From: a virus
Lineage: Duplodnaviria; Caudoviricetes
Virus record (IMG/VR): IMGVR_UViG_3300048574_000038
Location: 1-62,532 of that record
Strand: one strand, 5' to 3'
DNA length: 62,532 nucleotides
Shown here: piece after piece, positions 38,980 through 47,345 of the stretch
How the letters are laid out: every line of letters starts with the position of its first letter
Numbering within the stretch: position 1 is the stretch's first letter
The notes under the pieces: generated by a model
Seen by the model: only the letters and a program-made list of their open reading frames with translations
Database searches by the model: none
What the model was told of the DNA's origin: nothing
Program-made: the position numbers and the translations under genes

Positions 38980-39426
38980 ATGTTTCCACTGTTAGTTCCT
39001 TTACTTTCAATTGGTACCTCCTTGATTGGTCAGATCACTGGCCAGTCAAGTGAGTCCAAGACTACCATGCTTAGTACGATTCAAAGGTTATTTGAGTCAG
39101 GTGACAAAGAACAACTTGAAGCAGAAGTGCAAAGAATAGCTCTTCTTGCCAAAGCCAATCAAACACAAGCCGATACTACGCAAGCCTCTATCGAGCAAGG
39201 TGGAGGTAAGTGGCGTGATGAACTTGGTTCTGTTGGTGTAAAATCTCTGTGGATTAACTGGATAGGTATTCCTGTCTTCAATATCTTAGCAGTGTGGATA
39301 AACGGTGTATTCCAAACTAGCGTGTCTGTAGTTCCGTATATGAATCTAGACCAAACAATTACAGTACTCTGCGGCTTAGCCGGAATAACGGGTCTCAATG
39401 CTCTAGCTCAAAACAGACAACAGTAG
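38980..39426 (+). CDS. Putative holin (3TM holin-like)
   Basis: GGAG SD; hydrophobic N-terminus, WR motif, two further TM segments. Confidence 0.6.
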   Translation: MFPLLVPLLSIGTSLIGQITGQSSESKTTMLSTIQRLFESGDKEQLEAEVQRIALLAKANQTQADTTQASIEQGGGKWRDELGSVGVKSLWINWIGIPVFNILAVWINGVFQTSVSVVPYMNLDQTITVLCGLAGITGLNALAQNRQQ

Positions 39427-39433
39427 GTAAAAT

Positions 39434-39949
39434 ATGTACCAACAAAGACAAGCAGGCGTTAACCCGCTTAACGGATTGAACGCCCTTAAAATGTATAGTA
39501 ATTACCAGAATGGTACAGGTCTAATGGGTCTGTTTAATTCTGGTGCAGCAGGTGGTACTGCTGGTGGTACTGGTGCAGCCGGTATGACAGGTACCGCTGG
39601 TGCAGCTACTGGAGGTACTGGTGCTACTGCTGGTGCCGGAGGTGCTGGTGGTATGGCAGGGATGGGTGGTCTTGGTGCTTTAGGTATGTTTGCTCTTCCA
39701 GCTTACATCCTTGGTGGTCTAGCTGCCGGTTCAGCAGATCCGGAAACCTTTGGTAAACTTCCTCTCGTAGGCACCACAGGTGAAGCACTTAATGGTCTGT
39801 TTAATGGCAAAGGACTTACTGAGTTCTTCGATACAGACAATATAGCTCAGAACTTGCTTCCCGGTATTGGCGACTTCTTGCCAGATGATACATCTGAAAG
39901 CATCTTTAAACCAGTTCAAAATATGTTTGGCAGCATCTTTGGTTTTTAA
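39434..39949 (+). CDS. Gly-rich hypothetical protein
   Basis: Gly/Ala/Thr low-complexity region plus a hydrophobic segment. Confidence 0.65.
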   Translation: MYQQRQAGVNPLNGLNALKMYSNYQNGTGLMGLFNSGAAGGTAGGTGAAGMTGTAGAATGGTGATAGAGGAGGMAGMGGLGALGMFALPAYILGGLAAGSADPETFGKLPLVGTTGEALNGLFNGKGLTEFFDTDNIAQNLLPGIGDFLPDDTSESIFKPVQNMFGSIFGF

Positions 39950-40006
39950 CCTATGCTCACTACGTTCACACCTATAAGACTGGAAACCGATTGCCGTATG
40001 GCTAAA

Positions 40007-40057
40007 TAAAATAAGAAAGCCCCGTTGGTATTTAACCTTCGGGGCTTTTCCTGTTTA
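40007..40057. terminator. Bidirectional terminator between the convergent blocks
   Basis: GAAAGCCCCG...CGGGGCTTTTC with A-tract on the left and T-rich sequence on the right. Confidence 0.75.
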
Positions 40058-40087
40058 TACAGTTCTGTTTAATATTTGTTGATTCAG

Positions 40088-40309
40088 TCATACTTTAAAC
40101 TTAGGAGAAGCAATGCATCGTTTAAATGCATTCTTCTTGTTTTGAAGTTGACTACGTTCATCACGTCCTTCGCCAACTGCACCAGAAGCATTGTGAATGC
40201 AGCGTACACCAGAGTCAGTTTTGTTTTGCTTCTGTCCGCCTTTACCTCCAGCCCTAAAAGTCTGAATTGTAAAGTCGTCTCTGGTTACTGAAAATAGGAG
40301 TTCTCGCAT
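40088..40309 (-). CDS. Stand-alone RF-1 (GGQ) peptidyl-tRNA hydrolase domain protein
   Basis: FRAGGKGGQKQNKTDSGVR.IH..SG......ERSQLQNK..A. Confidence 0.88.
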   Translation of the reverse strand: MRELLFSVTRDDFTIQTFRAGGKGGQKQNKTDSGVRCIHNASGAVGEGRDERSQLQNKKNAFKRCIASPKFKV

Positions 40310-40414
40310 ATACGTTAAATAAAGATTGTAACAATGTTAATTCAAAATTGGTAGCCTGTTTCTTCCAGTTTGCGTGGCCTATACAGAACCAGTGCCAAAG
40401 TATATTACTTTTCA

Positions 40415-40699
40415 TCAATACCCTTCTCCATACACTTTACCGACAATTCCTTGTAACTTATCTGATGGCCCTCTTTCTGAGTCTTTATTCCAATAACGTG
40501 GGACACTACTTACAAAATCATGGCCACCTACCGTAAAGAGAAAGTATACACGCTTTATCGTCCATGCATAAAATGGTGGAAACTCTTCTTGTTCTACATC
40601 AAGATCTCTTGTATCATACGTATGGAAGTTGATGTCGTCCATCTTTTCATGTGTATAATACATTTCTGCTTCAATAAGCTTTCGTAATGTTGTTTTCAT
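40415..40699 (-). CDS. Hypothetical phage protein
   Basis: F.AWT..RVYF......V.SVPR motif. Confidence 0.7.
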   Translation of the reverse strand: MKTTLRKLIEAEMYYTHEKMDDINFHTYDTRDLDVEQEEFPPFYAWTIKRVYFLFTVGGHDFVSSVPRYWNKDSERGPSDKLQGIVGKVYGEGY

Positions 40700-40707
40700 A
40701 CTACCTA

Positions 40708-40971
40708 TTATATACTTTTCATATTGTCGTACAGAGTGTCTATGTACGTATTTATCATATCCGTGATAAGATCCGGATGTGCGTTAACTACCCACAGGAT
40801 GTTTTTCTCAATTGCGTGTTTTCTTCCATGTGCTAGCCACAAATAGAGCTTACGCAGCAAACTGGCGGTAGGTTCTGCATTTATCTTTTTAAGCTCTGAA
40901 AGTCTATCTAGTAAATACGTGAGATACCAGACATCATTAAATATCTTATCCCGCTGTTCTAGTTTATTCAT
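40708..40971 (-). CDS. Hypothetical protein
   Basis: Packed ORF overlapping the upstream stop. Confidence 0.6.
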   Translation of the reverse strand: MNKLEQRDKIFNDVWYLTYLLDRLSELKKINAEPTASLLRKLYLWLAHGRKHAIEKNILWVVNAHPDLITDMINTYIDTLYDNMKSI

Positions 40972-41812
40972 ATCTTATTATCCAGTTACTATTGTAATCA
41001 TCTATATCTGAAAGACAAAGAAACTTACAATCCTTTACGTCTGCTGCAAATGGAACATGCCAATGACCAAAGAACCACTGCTTTGGTTTATAATCTCTCA
41101 GTATCTCTGATAGCTTATCGTTAGAAGGATCGTTAACCTTCTCACCACGAAAGGCATTTACACATTGCTTTATTTTACTAGCCAATTCCGTAGGACATGT
41201 GTGAGAGATAACTACATCAATGTCTGCATGGTGCAGTAGTTTTTCCATGTCAGCTTCTGTAATAACTTCTTGCGGAAACCAAGACACACCTTCTTTACGA
41301 AAGGCTTTATCAATACTGTCTGCTCCACCACAGAACATAATGTTTTTACCTAGAATATTAATCACACAGCCAAAATCACAAAAGTATACGTCACCTTCAT
41401 AACAAGGATTCATAAGCCTGTACGTTTTGCCAAAACTAGCCATACCTGCAATTTCATCCAGATCATCCCAATCTTCATGATTACCGGGGCAGAAATACAC
41501 AGCTACATCATTTGGTACTACCAGAGTGCCAAAATCATACTTAGGCCAGTGCCCGAAATCTCCACAGACAAATACATAAATGTGTTTGTGTGGATGTTGC
41601 ATTTTAAGCATGTGGAGTTTCTGGCTAAAGTCGACAAAATTACCGTGCACATCGCCACAGATGTAAACAACATTTGTACAGTATGTAAACAACCAACGTG
41701 TCATCGTTCTAAATATGTTCGGAATAAGTATGCATCTATTAGCCTCTGACCTTGGTATGTTTGACATATTGGGTGTTGTGCTACTGTATCTGCCTGTCAT
41801 TACTGACTCCAT
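40964..41812 (-). CDS. Calcineurin-like metallophosphoesterase
   Basis: GDVHG, GDFG, GNHE, GGADSID, SHTCP, FGHWH. Confidence 0.9.
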   Translation of the reverse strand: MESVMTGRYSSTTPNMSNIPRSEANRCILIPNIFRTMTRWLFTYCTNVVYICGDVHGNFVDFSQKLHMLKMQHPHKHIYVFVCGDFGHWPKYDFGTLVVPNDVAVYFCPGNHEDWDDLDEIAGMASFGKTYRLMNPCYEGDVYFCDFGCVINILGKNIMFCGGADSIDKAFRKEGVSWFPQEVITEADMEKLLHHADIDVVISHTCPTELASKIKQCVNAFRGEKVNDPSNDKLSEILRDYKPKQWFFGHWHVPFAADVKDCKFLCLSDIDDYNSNWIIRYE

Positions 41813-41869
41813 ATATACCTCAAAATGGGCCAGAAATGGCCTTCTAAGCGTTCAAAATAAGAAACGTGA

Positions 41870-42055
41870 CTAGTTGTCTATCTTGTAGTGAATACGGTCT
41901 TCTGTAATGGTTTCATAACCGAACAGCGGGTGAAAAATTCCGTACTTCGGAATACCATCTTCCATGTATACCATCTCAATTTCACCAACAACATCACGTC
42001 CATCATTCGGAGAACGATATTGAACCTGATCGCTCTTAGAAAAAGAAGGTTGCAT
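41870..42055 (-). CDS. Small SH3/Tudor-like protein
   Basis: GAGG SD; F...D.V.Y.......GEI......Y pattern. Confidence 0.6.
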   Translation of the reverse strand: MQPSFSKSDQVQYRSPNDGRDVVGEIEMVYMEDGIPKYGIFHPLFGYETITEDRIHYKIDN

Positions 42056-42228
42056 TACTTTACCTCTCTACAAATATTTCGTTCTTCAACAGTAAGATAG
42101 CCTAGTGTATCATGGTAAATACTATACCAATCACCGTTCTCTTCAATGTGCTCTACAATAGTACCACAGACTTTGCAACCAACTTCATAACAGTAAAACT
42201 GAACAAGTTTACCTATTTGATATTTCAT
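42055..42228 (-). CDS. Small SH3/Tudor-like protein (paralog of 41870..42055), absent from the ORF track
   Basis: MKYQIGKLVQFY...GTIVE...YSIYHDTLGYLTVEERNI; TAATG overlap with the next gene. Confidence 0.6.
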   Translation of the reverse strand: MKYQIGKLVQFYCYEVGCKVCGTIVEHIEENGDWYSIYHDTLGYLTVEERNICREVK

Positions 42229-42241
42229 AGAGTACCTATAA

Positions 42242-42275
42242 GAAATCCCACAGTAGCAAAACTATTGTGGGATTT
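42242..42275 (-). terminator. Hairpin/terminator
   Basis: AAATCCCACA...TGTGGGATTT. Confidence 0.55.
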
Positions 42276-42279
42276 GTTG

Positions 42280-42696
42280 TTAATCAGTAGTGGCGCTGTT
42301 AGCAAACACACTGTTTTCAAGTGTACGAATAATACTGTGGACTTCTTCTTCCCAGTCAAGATCAGAAGCTTTTGGATCAAAAGCTATACTTCCAGCTCGA
42401 GCAAGGAACAGTTCACAAACTTCGTGAAACGCACACTTACGTACTTCATATTCGTCAGGTTCATAATTCCAGTATTGGTTAAGTACAATATCTGCAACTT
42501 TACCAACACGGTTAGACCTGCAAATAGCTCTTGATTCAAGTAGGTTTTGATCTACAAGAGAACTACCGTCTTCTTGAGGTGTAACAACTTTCTCAAGTGT
42601 TATGTAAACTTCCCAATTCTTGAGATTAAAGAAGTCAAGCCACTTACCACACTCTTCCTTAAAGACAGGAAAGAAGTCTTCTGTGGAGTATGCCAT
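42280..42696 (-). CDS. Zincin-like protein with HExxE
   Basis: W...FNL.NWEV, AFHEVCELFL, EE..H. Confidence 0.6.
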   Translation of the reverse strand: MAYSTEDFFPVFKEECGKWLDFFNLKNWEVYITLEKVVTPQEDGSSLVDQNLLESRAICRSNRVGKVADIVLNQYWNYEPDEYEVRKCAFHEVCELFLARAGSIAFDPKASDLDWEEEVHSIIRTLENSVFANSATTD

Positions 42697-42699
42697 ATA

Positions 42700-42912
42700 T
42701 TAACTGAAAGTTACGTTAGCAATTGTGCCGTTTTCAGCAACAACAGGAATGATCTTGCCGAGACGGATATCATTCATCAAACGAAGTATTGCTTCATCTT
42801 TTTCCAGATCTTTAATTCGCGCGGAGTGAAAAGCTGTATGTATGGCCAGCTTCTTTTTTGACATCTGAATTTCTCGCTGGAATTTGCTAAGTTCTCGTTC
42901 AACATGTGTCAT
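42700..42912 (-). CDS. Small coiled-coil protein
   Basis: 70-aa ORF with AAGGA SD. Confidence 0.55.
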   Translation of the reverse strand: MTHVERELSKFQREIQMSKKKLAIHTAFHSARIKDLEKDEAILRLMNDIRLGKIIPVVAENGTIANVTFS

Positions 42913-42926
42913 ATATAAAATTCCTT

Positions 42927-42944
42927 AAGGGGCCGAAGCCCCTT
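42927..42944 (-). terminator. UUCG-capped hairpin
   Basis: - strand AAGGGGC-TTCG-GCCCCTT. Confidence 0.65.
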
Positions 42945-42961
42945 TATTGATCTATTGTAAA

Positions 42962-43144
42962 CTAGGCAGCTTCTGCAACAGGAGCTTCAGCAGTGGGTTC
43001 TTCAGTCTTGGGAGCGAAACCAGCCAGCATCTGTTCCAGCATAGCGCGCTGTTCAACAGTAATAGCTTCGGGCAGTTCAACTTCCACGGGAGTAACTTCG
43101 GGGGCCGAGCCTTCAAAAGTAATGATCATCTTGTACTTACTCAT
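42962..43144 (-). CDS. Small acidic protein
   Basis: AGGAAG SD; high-expression codon bias. Confidence 0.65.
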   Translation of the reverse strand: MSKYKMIITFEGSAPEVTPVEVELPEAITVEQRAMLEQMLAGFAPKTEEPTAEAPVAEAA

Positions 43145-44195
43145 TTGTTTCTTCCTTCTTTATATTAACCTGATTAACATGTTTGTGGTCAAACTCGATA
43201 GCGAGTGTTCGGAAATGGGCTACTTCGTCGTCACCGTGTGCGTTAGTAAACTGCTTAGCGAAGTCAATAGCACTACCGCCTTCTGGCAACTTAATAATCG
43301 TCACATCAAACCAAGGCTTGTCCTCGCAAGCGAGGTAATACCAGCCACAATAGGGGAAAGCACTTCCGTTGCTAACAAAGTAGTCACGGACTGTATCTAC
43401 GTCAAGGTCACGAGAATTAACCATAATGGCTCTCGTACCCTCTTCAAAGATGTGTGTTTTGAACTTGTTGCCATCAAGCAAATCTTGAGAGATAAGCCTT
43501 TGATAAGAGTCAACGATAGTTCCCATATTGATAATCTGATACGTAGCATCCCACGTCATACGAGTAAATACTTCGTCTTCCGTGTGGCCCATGTGTTCGA
43601 TGTCAACAGGATCATTAACTTGGAAACAAGCTTCCCAAACATTACTTGGATCATTCTCACCTTCACCAACAGCAGGATACTTAGCAAGTTCCTTAGGTGA
43701 AGTTTCGATAAGTTTAAGTCCATAGAAGAAAGCTTTTGCTGTAGCATTAGCTTTACCCTGCATGTACATATCAACCCAAGTAATACAAGGAGGAATCTTT
43801 TCATTAGGAAAGAGATCTGTCCACATCTGCTGTCCAAGGTCTGCAAGTGCAGTTCTTGAACCGGGCCAGTTCTCAATACCAGAAGATTCCTTATCCTCAA
43901 ATATCCTTTCAATCATAGATATGTGATAGTCATACCAGTAAACCTTTTTAGGTTTAGTCTCTGACTTAATATCAATCATACCCCGTTGAGTAGGACTTTG
44001 ACCAAGCATCCAGATAGTATCTTGCTTACTAATGGTCTTAGGCATCTGCAAGTGTGTAACCATACTTACAGTTTCGTTAGGCCAGTAAACAATCTCACTA
44101 CTTGGATGCTTAATCTTTATATACCTTTCCGCTATCGCAGCAAGCATGTGACCATACACATCATTTGCGTATATGAGCCAATGTTTGTTAGGCAT
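43137..44195 (-). CDS. DHH-family phosphoesterase-like protein (degenerate motifs)
   Basis: IYANDVYG in place of DxDG, WYDYHIS in place of DHH, AKQF.NAHG...A.F in place of GGGH. Confidence 0.65.
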   Translation of the reverse strand: MPNKHWLIYANDVYGHMLAAIAERYIKIKHPSSEIVYWPNETVSMVTHLQMPKTISKQDTIWMLGQSPTQRGMIDIKSETKPKKVYWYDYHISMIERIFEDKESSGIENWPGSRTALADLGQQMWTDLFPNEKIPPCITWVDMYMQGKANATAKAFFYGLKLIETSPKELAKYPAVGEGENDPSNVWEACFQVNDPVDIEHMGHTEDEVFTRMTWDATYQIINMGTIVDSYQRLISQDLLDGNKFKTHIFEEGTRAIMVNSRDLDVDTVRDYFVSNGSAFPYCGWYYLACEDKPWFDVTIIKLPEGGSAIDFAKQFTNAHGDDEVAHFRTLAIEFDHKHVNQVNIKKEETNE

Positions 44196-44198
44196 TTA

Positions 44199-44783
44199 TT
44201 ATTCCTCAATATTGACGATTTCACCTTCAAGAGGAAGGTCAGTAGTACTTTCGTCAGGAAGTTTTACAGAAAAAAGATCTTCGTAGCCACGAAGCTTAAG
44301 CCAAGCAACACTTGCATAGTGAGCAATCTTAAGAAGATCTGTAAGATTTTCCTGTTCACCGCGGGCATTACTGTCCATACGGGCAACGTACTTACCAATC
44401 TGCTTGATGCACTGATCAGGTGTCCAACTGTACAACTGATCGGTAGGTGCGTCACCGTACTGAGGCACGGCATATTCACGAAGATGCAGACCGACAACCG
44501 TAGAGAAGATCACCCACATATGTTCACGCATAGAACTACCGGTAGGAGAAAACACTTCATCATCAGGTGCAGCATCTTTCTTGTACAGTTTACCGAATGC
44601 ACCATTGCAAAGGTAGGACATGTATGCATCAATTTCGTTTGTGTAGTCTCGTGCTGCTACAGGAAGCTTGGGCTTATCAGTGGCATCTTCATCAGAAGAT
44701 TCTTCTTTAGTCTCTTTTTCAAGAGAGCATGTTTCACAATCTTCGCAAGAGCCACATGCACAATTAAGTTCTTTCTTTTCCAT
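44199..44783 (-). CDS. Hypothetical protein
   Basis: YAVPQYGD, KYVAR and DLLKIAHYA motifs; Cys-rich N-terminus. Confidence 0.7.
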   Translation of the reverse strand: MEKKELNCACGSCEDCETCSLEKETKEESSDEDATDKPKLPVAARDYTNEIDAYMSYLCNGAFGKLYKKDAAPDDEVFSPTGSSMREHMWVIFSTVVGLHLREYAVPQYGDAPTDQLYSWTPDQCIKQIGKYVARMDSNARGEQENLTDLLKIAHYASVAWLKLRGYEDLFSVKLPDESTTDLPLEGEIVNIEE

Positions 44784-44955
44784 AAATTTCCTTAAATACC
44801 TTCGTAGTTCTAAAATAATAAAGTGGACAATCAATTAAATGGCACAGTTCACGTTCTTTAGTATTACCACCAGAACACTCTAAGCAATATGCATGAATCG
44901 CACTAAGCGGCGAGCGATACTTCTTCTTTGGTACTACTTTCTTTCGTGGTGCCAT
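44764..44955 (-). CDS. Small Zn-binding protein
   Basis: AIHAYCLECSGG...C...DCPLY.FR. Confidence 0.65.
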   Translation of the reverse strand: MAPRKKVVPKKKYRSPLSAIHAYCLECSGGNTKERELCHLIDCPLYYFRTTKVFKEIYGKERT

Positions 44956-45184
44956 CAGCAGCCTCTACAAGATTACGTGTAATAGACGGTGCAACAGGTG
45001 CTGAACTGGTGGCATTAACGGACGACTTACCAAATGTAACATTAGCTTTGAAGTCCATCTTAATCTTGCCGCAACGAGAACACTTATAAAACACGAGTGT
45101 ACCATTACTCATAGGGCCAGATTCAGCATTGAATTGATAGGTCTGCTCCCACTTATGGGGAAGAAACAGGCACAAAAATTTCAT
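44903..45184 (-). CDS. Small Zn-ribbon protein (DUF1660-like)
   Basis: LC...PHKW...CSRCGK. Confidence 0.6.
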   Translation of the reverse strand: MKFLCLFLPHKWEQTYQFNAESGPMSNGTLVFYKCSRCGKIKMDFKANVTFGKSSVNATSSAPVAPSITRNLVEAADGTTKESSTKEEVSLAA

Positions 45185-45511
45185 TTACTTTACCTCTTCA
45201 TTATCAATATGTGACAGCAGATCTCGGTCGATAATCGTTCTGTAGCAAGCTGCCATTATGTCAATTAGTTCTTTATAGATTTTTGTATAGTCCCATTCCG
45301 AATCTTTCTTAAACAATTCAGCACAGAACTCACGATACTCTTCTTCAATAATCCAAGCAGCATGCTGGTAAGAAGGGTAATCCATGTACTTATCTTTTAT
45401 TTCCGCCAGTTTACAATCTATATCGCTAGATATCCTAGCACTTTTTACAAAAGTGAGACGTGCATCATCGTAGTCTTTTTTAATTTTCTCGGCTACATCA
45501 TTTAACAACAT
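45185..45511 (-). CDS. MazG-like all-alpha NTP pyrophosphohydrolase
   Basis: IIEEEYREF...KELIDIMAA. Confidence 0.55.
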   Translation of the reverse strand: MLLNDVAEKIKKDYDDARLTFVKSARISSDIDCKLAEIKDKYMDYPSYQHAAWIIEEEYREFCAELFKKDSEWDYTKIYKELIDIMAACYRTIIDRDLLSHIDNEEVK

Positions 45512-45947
45512 AATCAGTTACCTCTTCTTCTCCCTCAAGCCAAGTACCGTACTCGTTGAAGTGTCTTACAGGATATTTGTTTTTCTCTGCCCAATCAAGA
45601 TACGTCATTGGAGACTTAGGAGAAATACGAGTGTACTCTTTCATGAAGTGTAGAACAATAGGCATATCAGGATACTGCTGTTTAATCATCTGCATCTTAG
45701 TACGTGCTTGAGGATCAAAGTAGCCTTTGACTTCAATGTATTCAACACGTCCATCAGGATACGTAACTTTAAAATCCGGAGAGTACACTGCAAGAGGTGG
45801 TTGATACGTAAATTTCTCTGGTTCGTATTGCCATTTTACACCTTGTGCATCGAGTATCTGAGCCACTTGAGCCTCATATGTACTCTTGAAGCGTACGCCT
45901 TTGTACGTCTTTTGTTTAAAGTTACGTTTGTTTTTTACTTTATGCAT
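45498..45947 (-). CDS. T7 endonuclease I-like resolvase
   Basis: FKS.YE..VA..L, YEPEKF.Y, YSPDF, IEVKGYF, TY.DWAEK. Confidence 0.85.
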   Translation of the reverse strand: MHKVKNKRNFKQKTYKGVRFKSTYEAQVAQILDAQGVKWQYEPEKFTYQPPLAVYSPDFKVTYPDGRVEYIEVKGYFDPQARTKMQMIKQQYPDMPIVLHFMKEYTRISPKSPMTYLDWAEKNKYPVRHFNEYGTWLEGEEEVTDYVVK

Positions 45948-45990
45948 CTTAGGAAAGACCAACCTTACAACTAAGTCTAGAAATTTGTTC

Positions 45991-46245
45991 GGCCCACCCG
46001 AAACGCGGATAACGAGTGGGCCACAATGGTCGATTATTGATAGGAACGCTTAACTAGGGTGTCGTCTGTTAAGCTGTGTTTCCTTACGGTCGTTCCGGCA
46101 AAGCCGACAACTGGTGTAGCGACATGTAAGTACCCACTAACTGTAGAATAGTTCCTAATAGTCCGGCGCATTACACAGCCACCCTCTCGGTTCAAGTTTA
46201 GTAGCGCTGCCACTTGAAGCCACCTCTAGAAGCTAAAGAGAGGGA
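45991..46245. ncRNA. Candidate structured RNA D (about 255 nt)
   Basis: GGCCCAC/GTGGGCC; three-way junction TAGGAAC/GTTCCTA, GCTTAAC/GTTAAGC, CTTAC/GTAAG; CCCTCTC/GAGAGGG enclosing TTCAAGT/ACTTGAA. Confidence 0.65.
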
Positions 46246-46249
46246 ACTT

Positions 46250-46732
46250 TTAGTTACAAGGAATAGCTTTACAACACTCGTTACTGTACGAACTTTCCTG
46301 CATAGCAGCCCATTCTTCATAACCTGCGATCTTAGGGAAGTCACGAACACCAGCTTCACGAGCTTTATTGAACCCGTCATACACACGATTAAGCGCATCA
46401 ATGACGGCAGGAATGTCACGCATATAGATACGTGTGCTACCACCCTGATTAAAGGTGTTCAGCCGCACAAAAGAATACGTGTCGTAGTAATCCGTATTAA
46501 ACTGTTTGTGGTTTACCGGACTGTTAGGTGTATCCAGTGATACCTGAATAGGACAAACATCCGGCTCATACGGACTGCTAAGGAAAGCACTGTACGTAAG
46601 TCCAGAGATGTAGTCATTAAAAGCCTTTGTGTCAAAGCGCTTTTCAGGTTTTGTTGTGTCCACAAATGTGAGGAACTCTGGCACAACGGAAAGTTTATCT
46701 TCCTGCTTAGTTGTCATAATACTCATGTGCAT
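46250..46732 (-). CDS. Hypothetical protein
   Basis: 160-aa ORF with GAAGG SD. Confidence 0.7.
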   Translation of the reverse strand: MHMSIMTTKQEDKLSVVPEFLTFVDTTKPEKRFDTKAFNDYISGLTYSAFLSSPYEPDVCPIQVSLDTPNSPVNHKQFNTDYYDTYSFVRLNTFNQGGSTRIYMRDIPAVIDALNRVYDGFNKAREAGVRDFPKIAGYEEWAAMQESSYSNECCKAIPCN

Positions 46733-46754
46733 ACCTTCTTACTTAAATATTAAT

Positions 46755-46928
46755 GCGTCGGGAATATCTCTAGGTTACGCCAATAACCATAACCGGATAG
46801 ACGCTCCTCGCCGGGGCCAAAGGCTGGCCAACACCGTCACATTTTGTACGTAGTGCACTCTTTCGAGGCACGGGTAGAGTAGTTGTCTAGAATGTGACCA
46901 ACTCCACAACTATGGCGTTATCTCTACC
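46755..46928 (-). ncRNA. Candidate double-pseudoknot RNA E (about 175 nt)
   Basis: Stems GGTAGAG/CTCTACC and TAGTTGT/ACAACTA; crossing GTCACATT/AATGTGAC and ACGCCA/TGGCGT; CTC-GAAA-GAG tetraloop on the - strand. Confidence 0.72.
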
Positions 46929-46935
46929 ACAAACT

Positions 46936-47295
46936 TTAGTCGTCTTCGTCCGAATCCTTCATAGGAAGGACTTCAGTAAGAGCTTCACGGATCTGTTCCG
47001 CATCCTCAATAGCAGTAGTCAGATACGGAAGCAACGTACGCGCGTCTTCAAGGGAGAGAGAAAGATAGTCGTCCTCGTTGCCAATGTTGATGCTTACGCT
47101 GTTGTCGAACTCTTCCACAGAATCAAGCCAATTGCCAGCACCAAGCCACGTACGAATAATTTTAACATCCGACGGCTTGCTCTTATTTCCGATAAATACC
47201 GCGCCTACGTTACCACGAGCTTCCCTATACTTGTCACTATCGTACACAGAAGACTTAGAGGAATCTGCACTTTTCTTAAAATCAAATTTAGACAT
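46936..47295 (-). CDS. Hypothetical acidic protein
   Basis: 119-aa ORF with AGGTAGG SD. Confidence 0.7.
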   Translation of the reverse strand: MSKFDFKKSADSSKSSVYDSDKYREARGNVGAVFIGNKSKPSDVKIIRTWLGAGNWLDSVEEFDNSVSINIGNEDDYLSLSLEDARTLLPYLTTAIEDAEQIREALTEVLPMKDSDEDD

Positions 47296-47345
47296 TTTGT
47301 ACCTACCTATCTGTTTATATTAATCAACTCTACAACTATGTCTAG

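Noticed and set aside
46090-46110. GCAAAGCC resembling a c-di-GMP-I riboswitch
   Set aside because: The remaining consensus (GNRA P2 and receptor P3) is not evident
46790-46840. + strand TCCTCGC...GG resembling an HDV-like or theta ribozyme core
   Set aside because: P1, P2 and P3 would be too short; the - strand double-pseudoknot model explains more of the sequence
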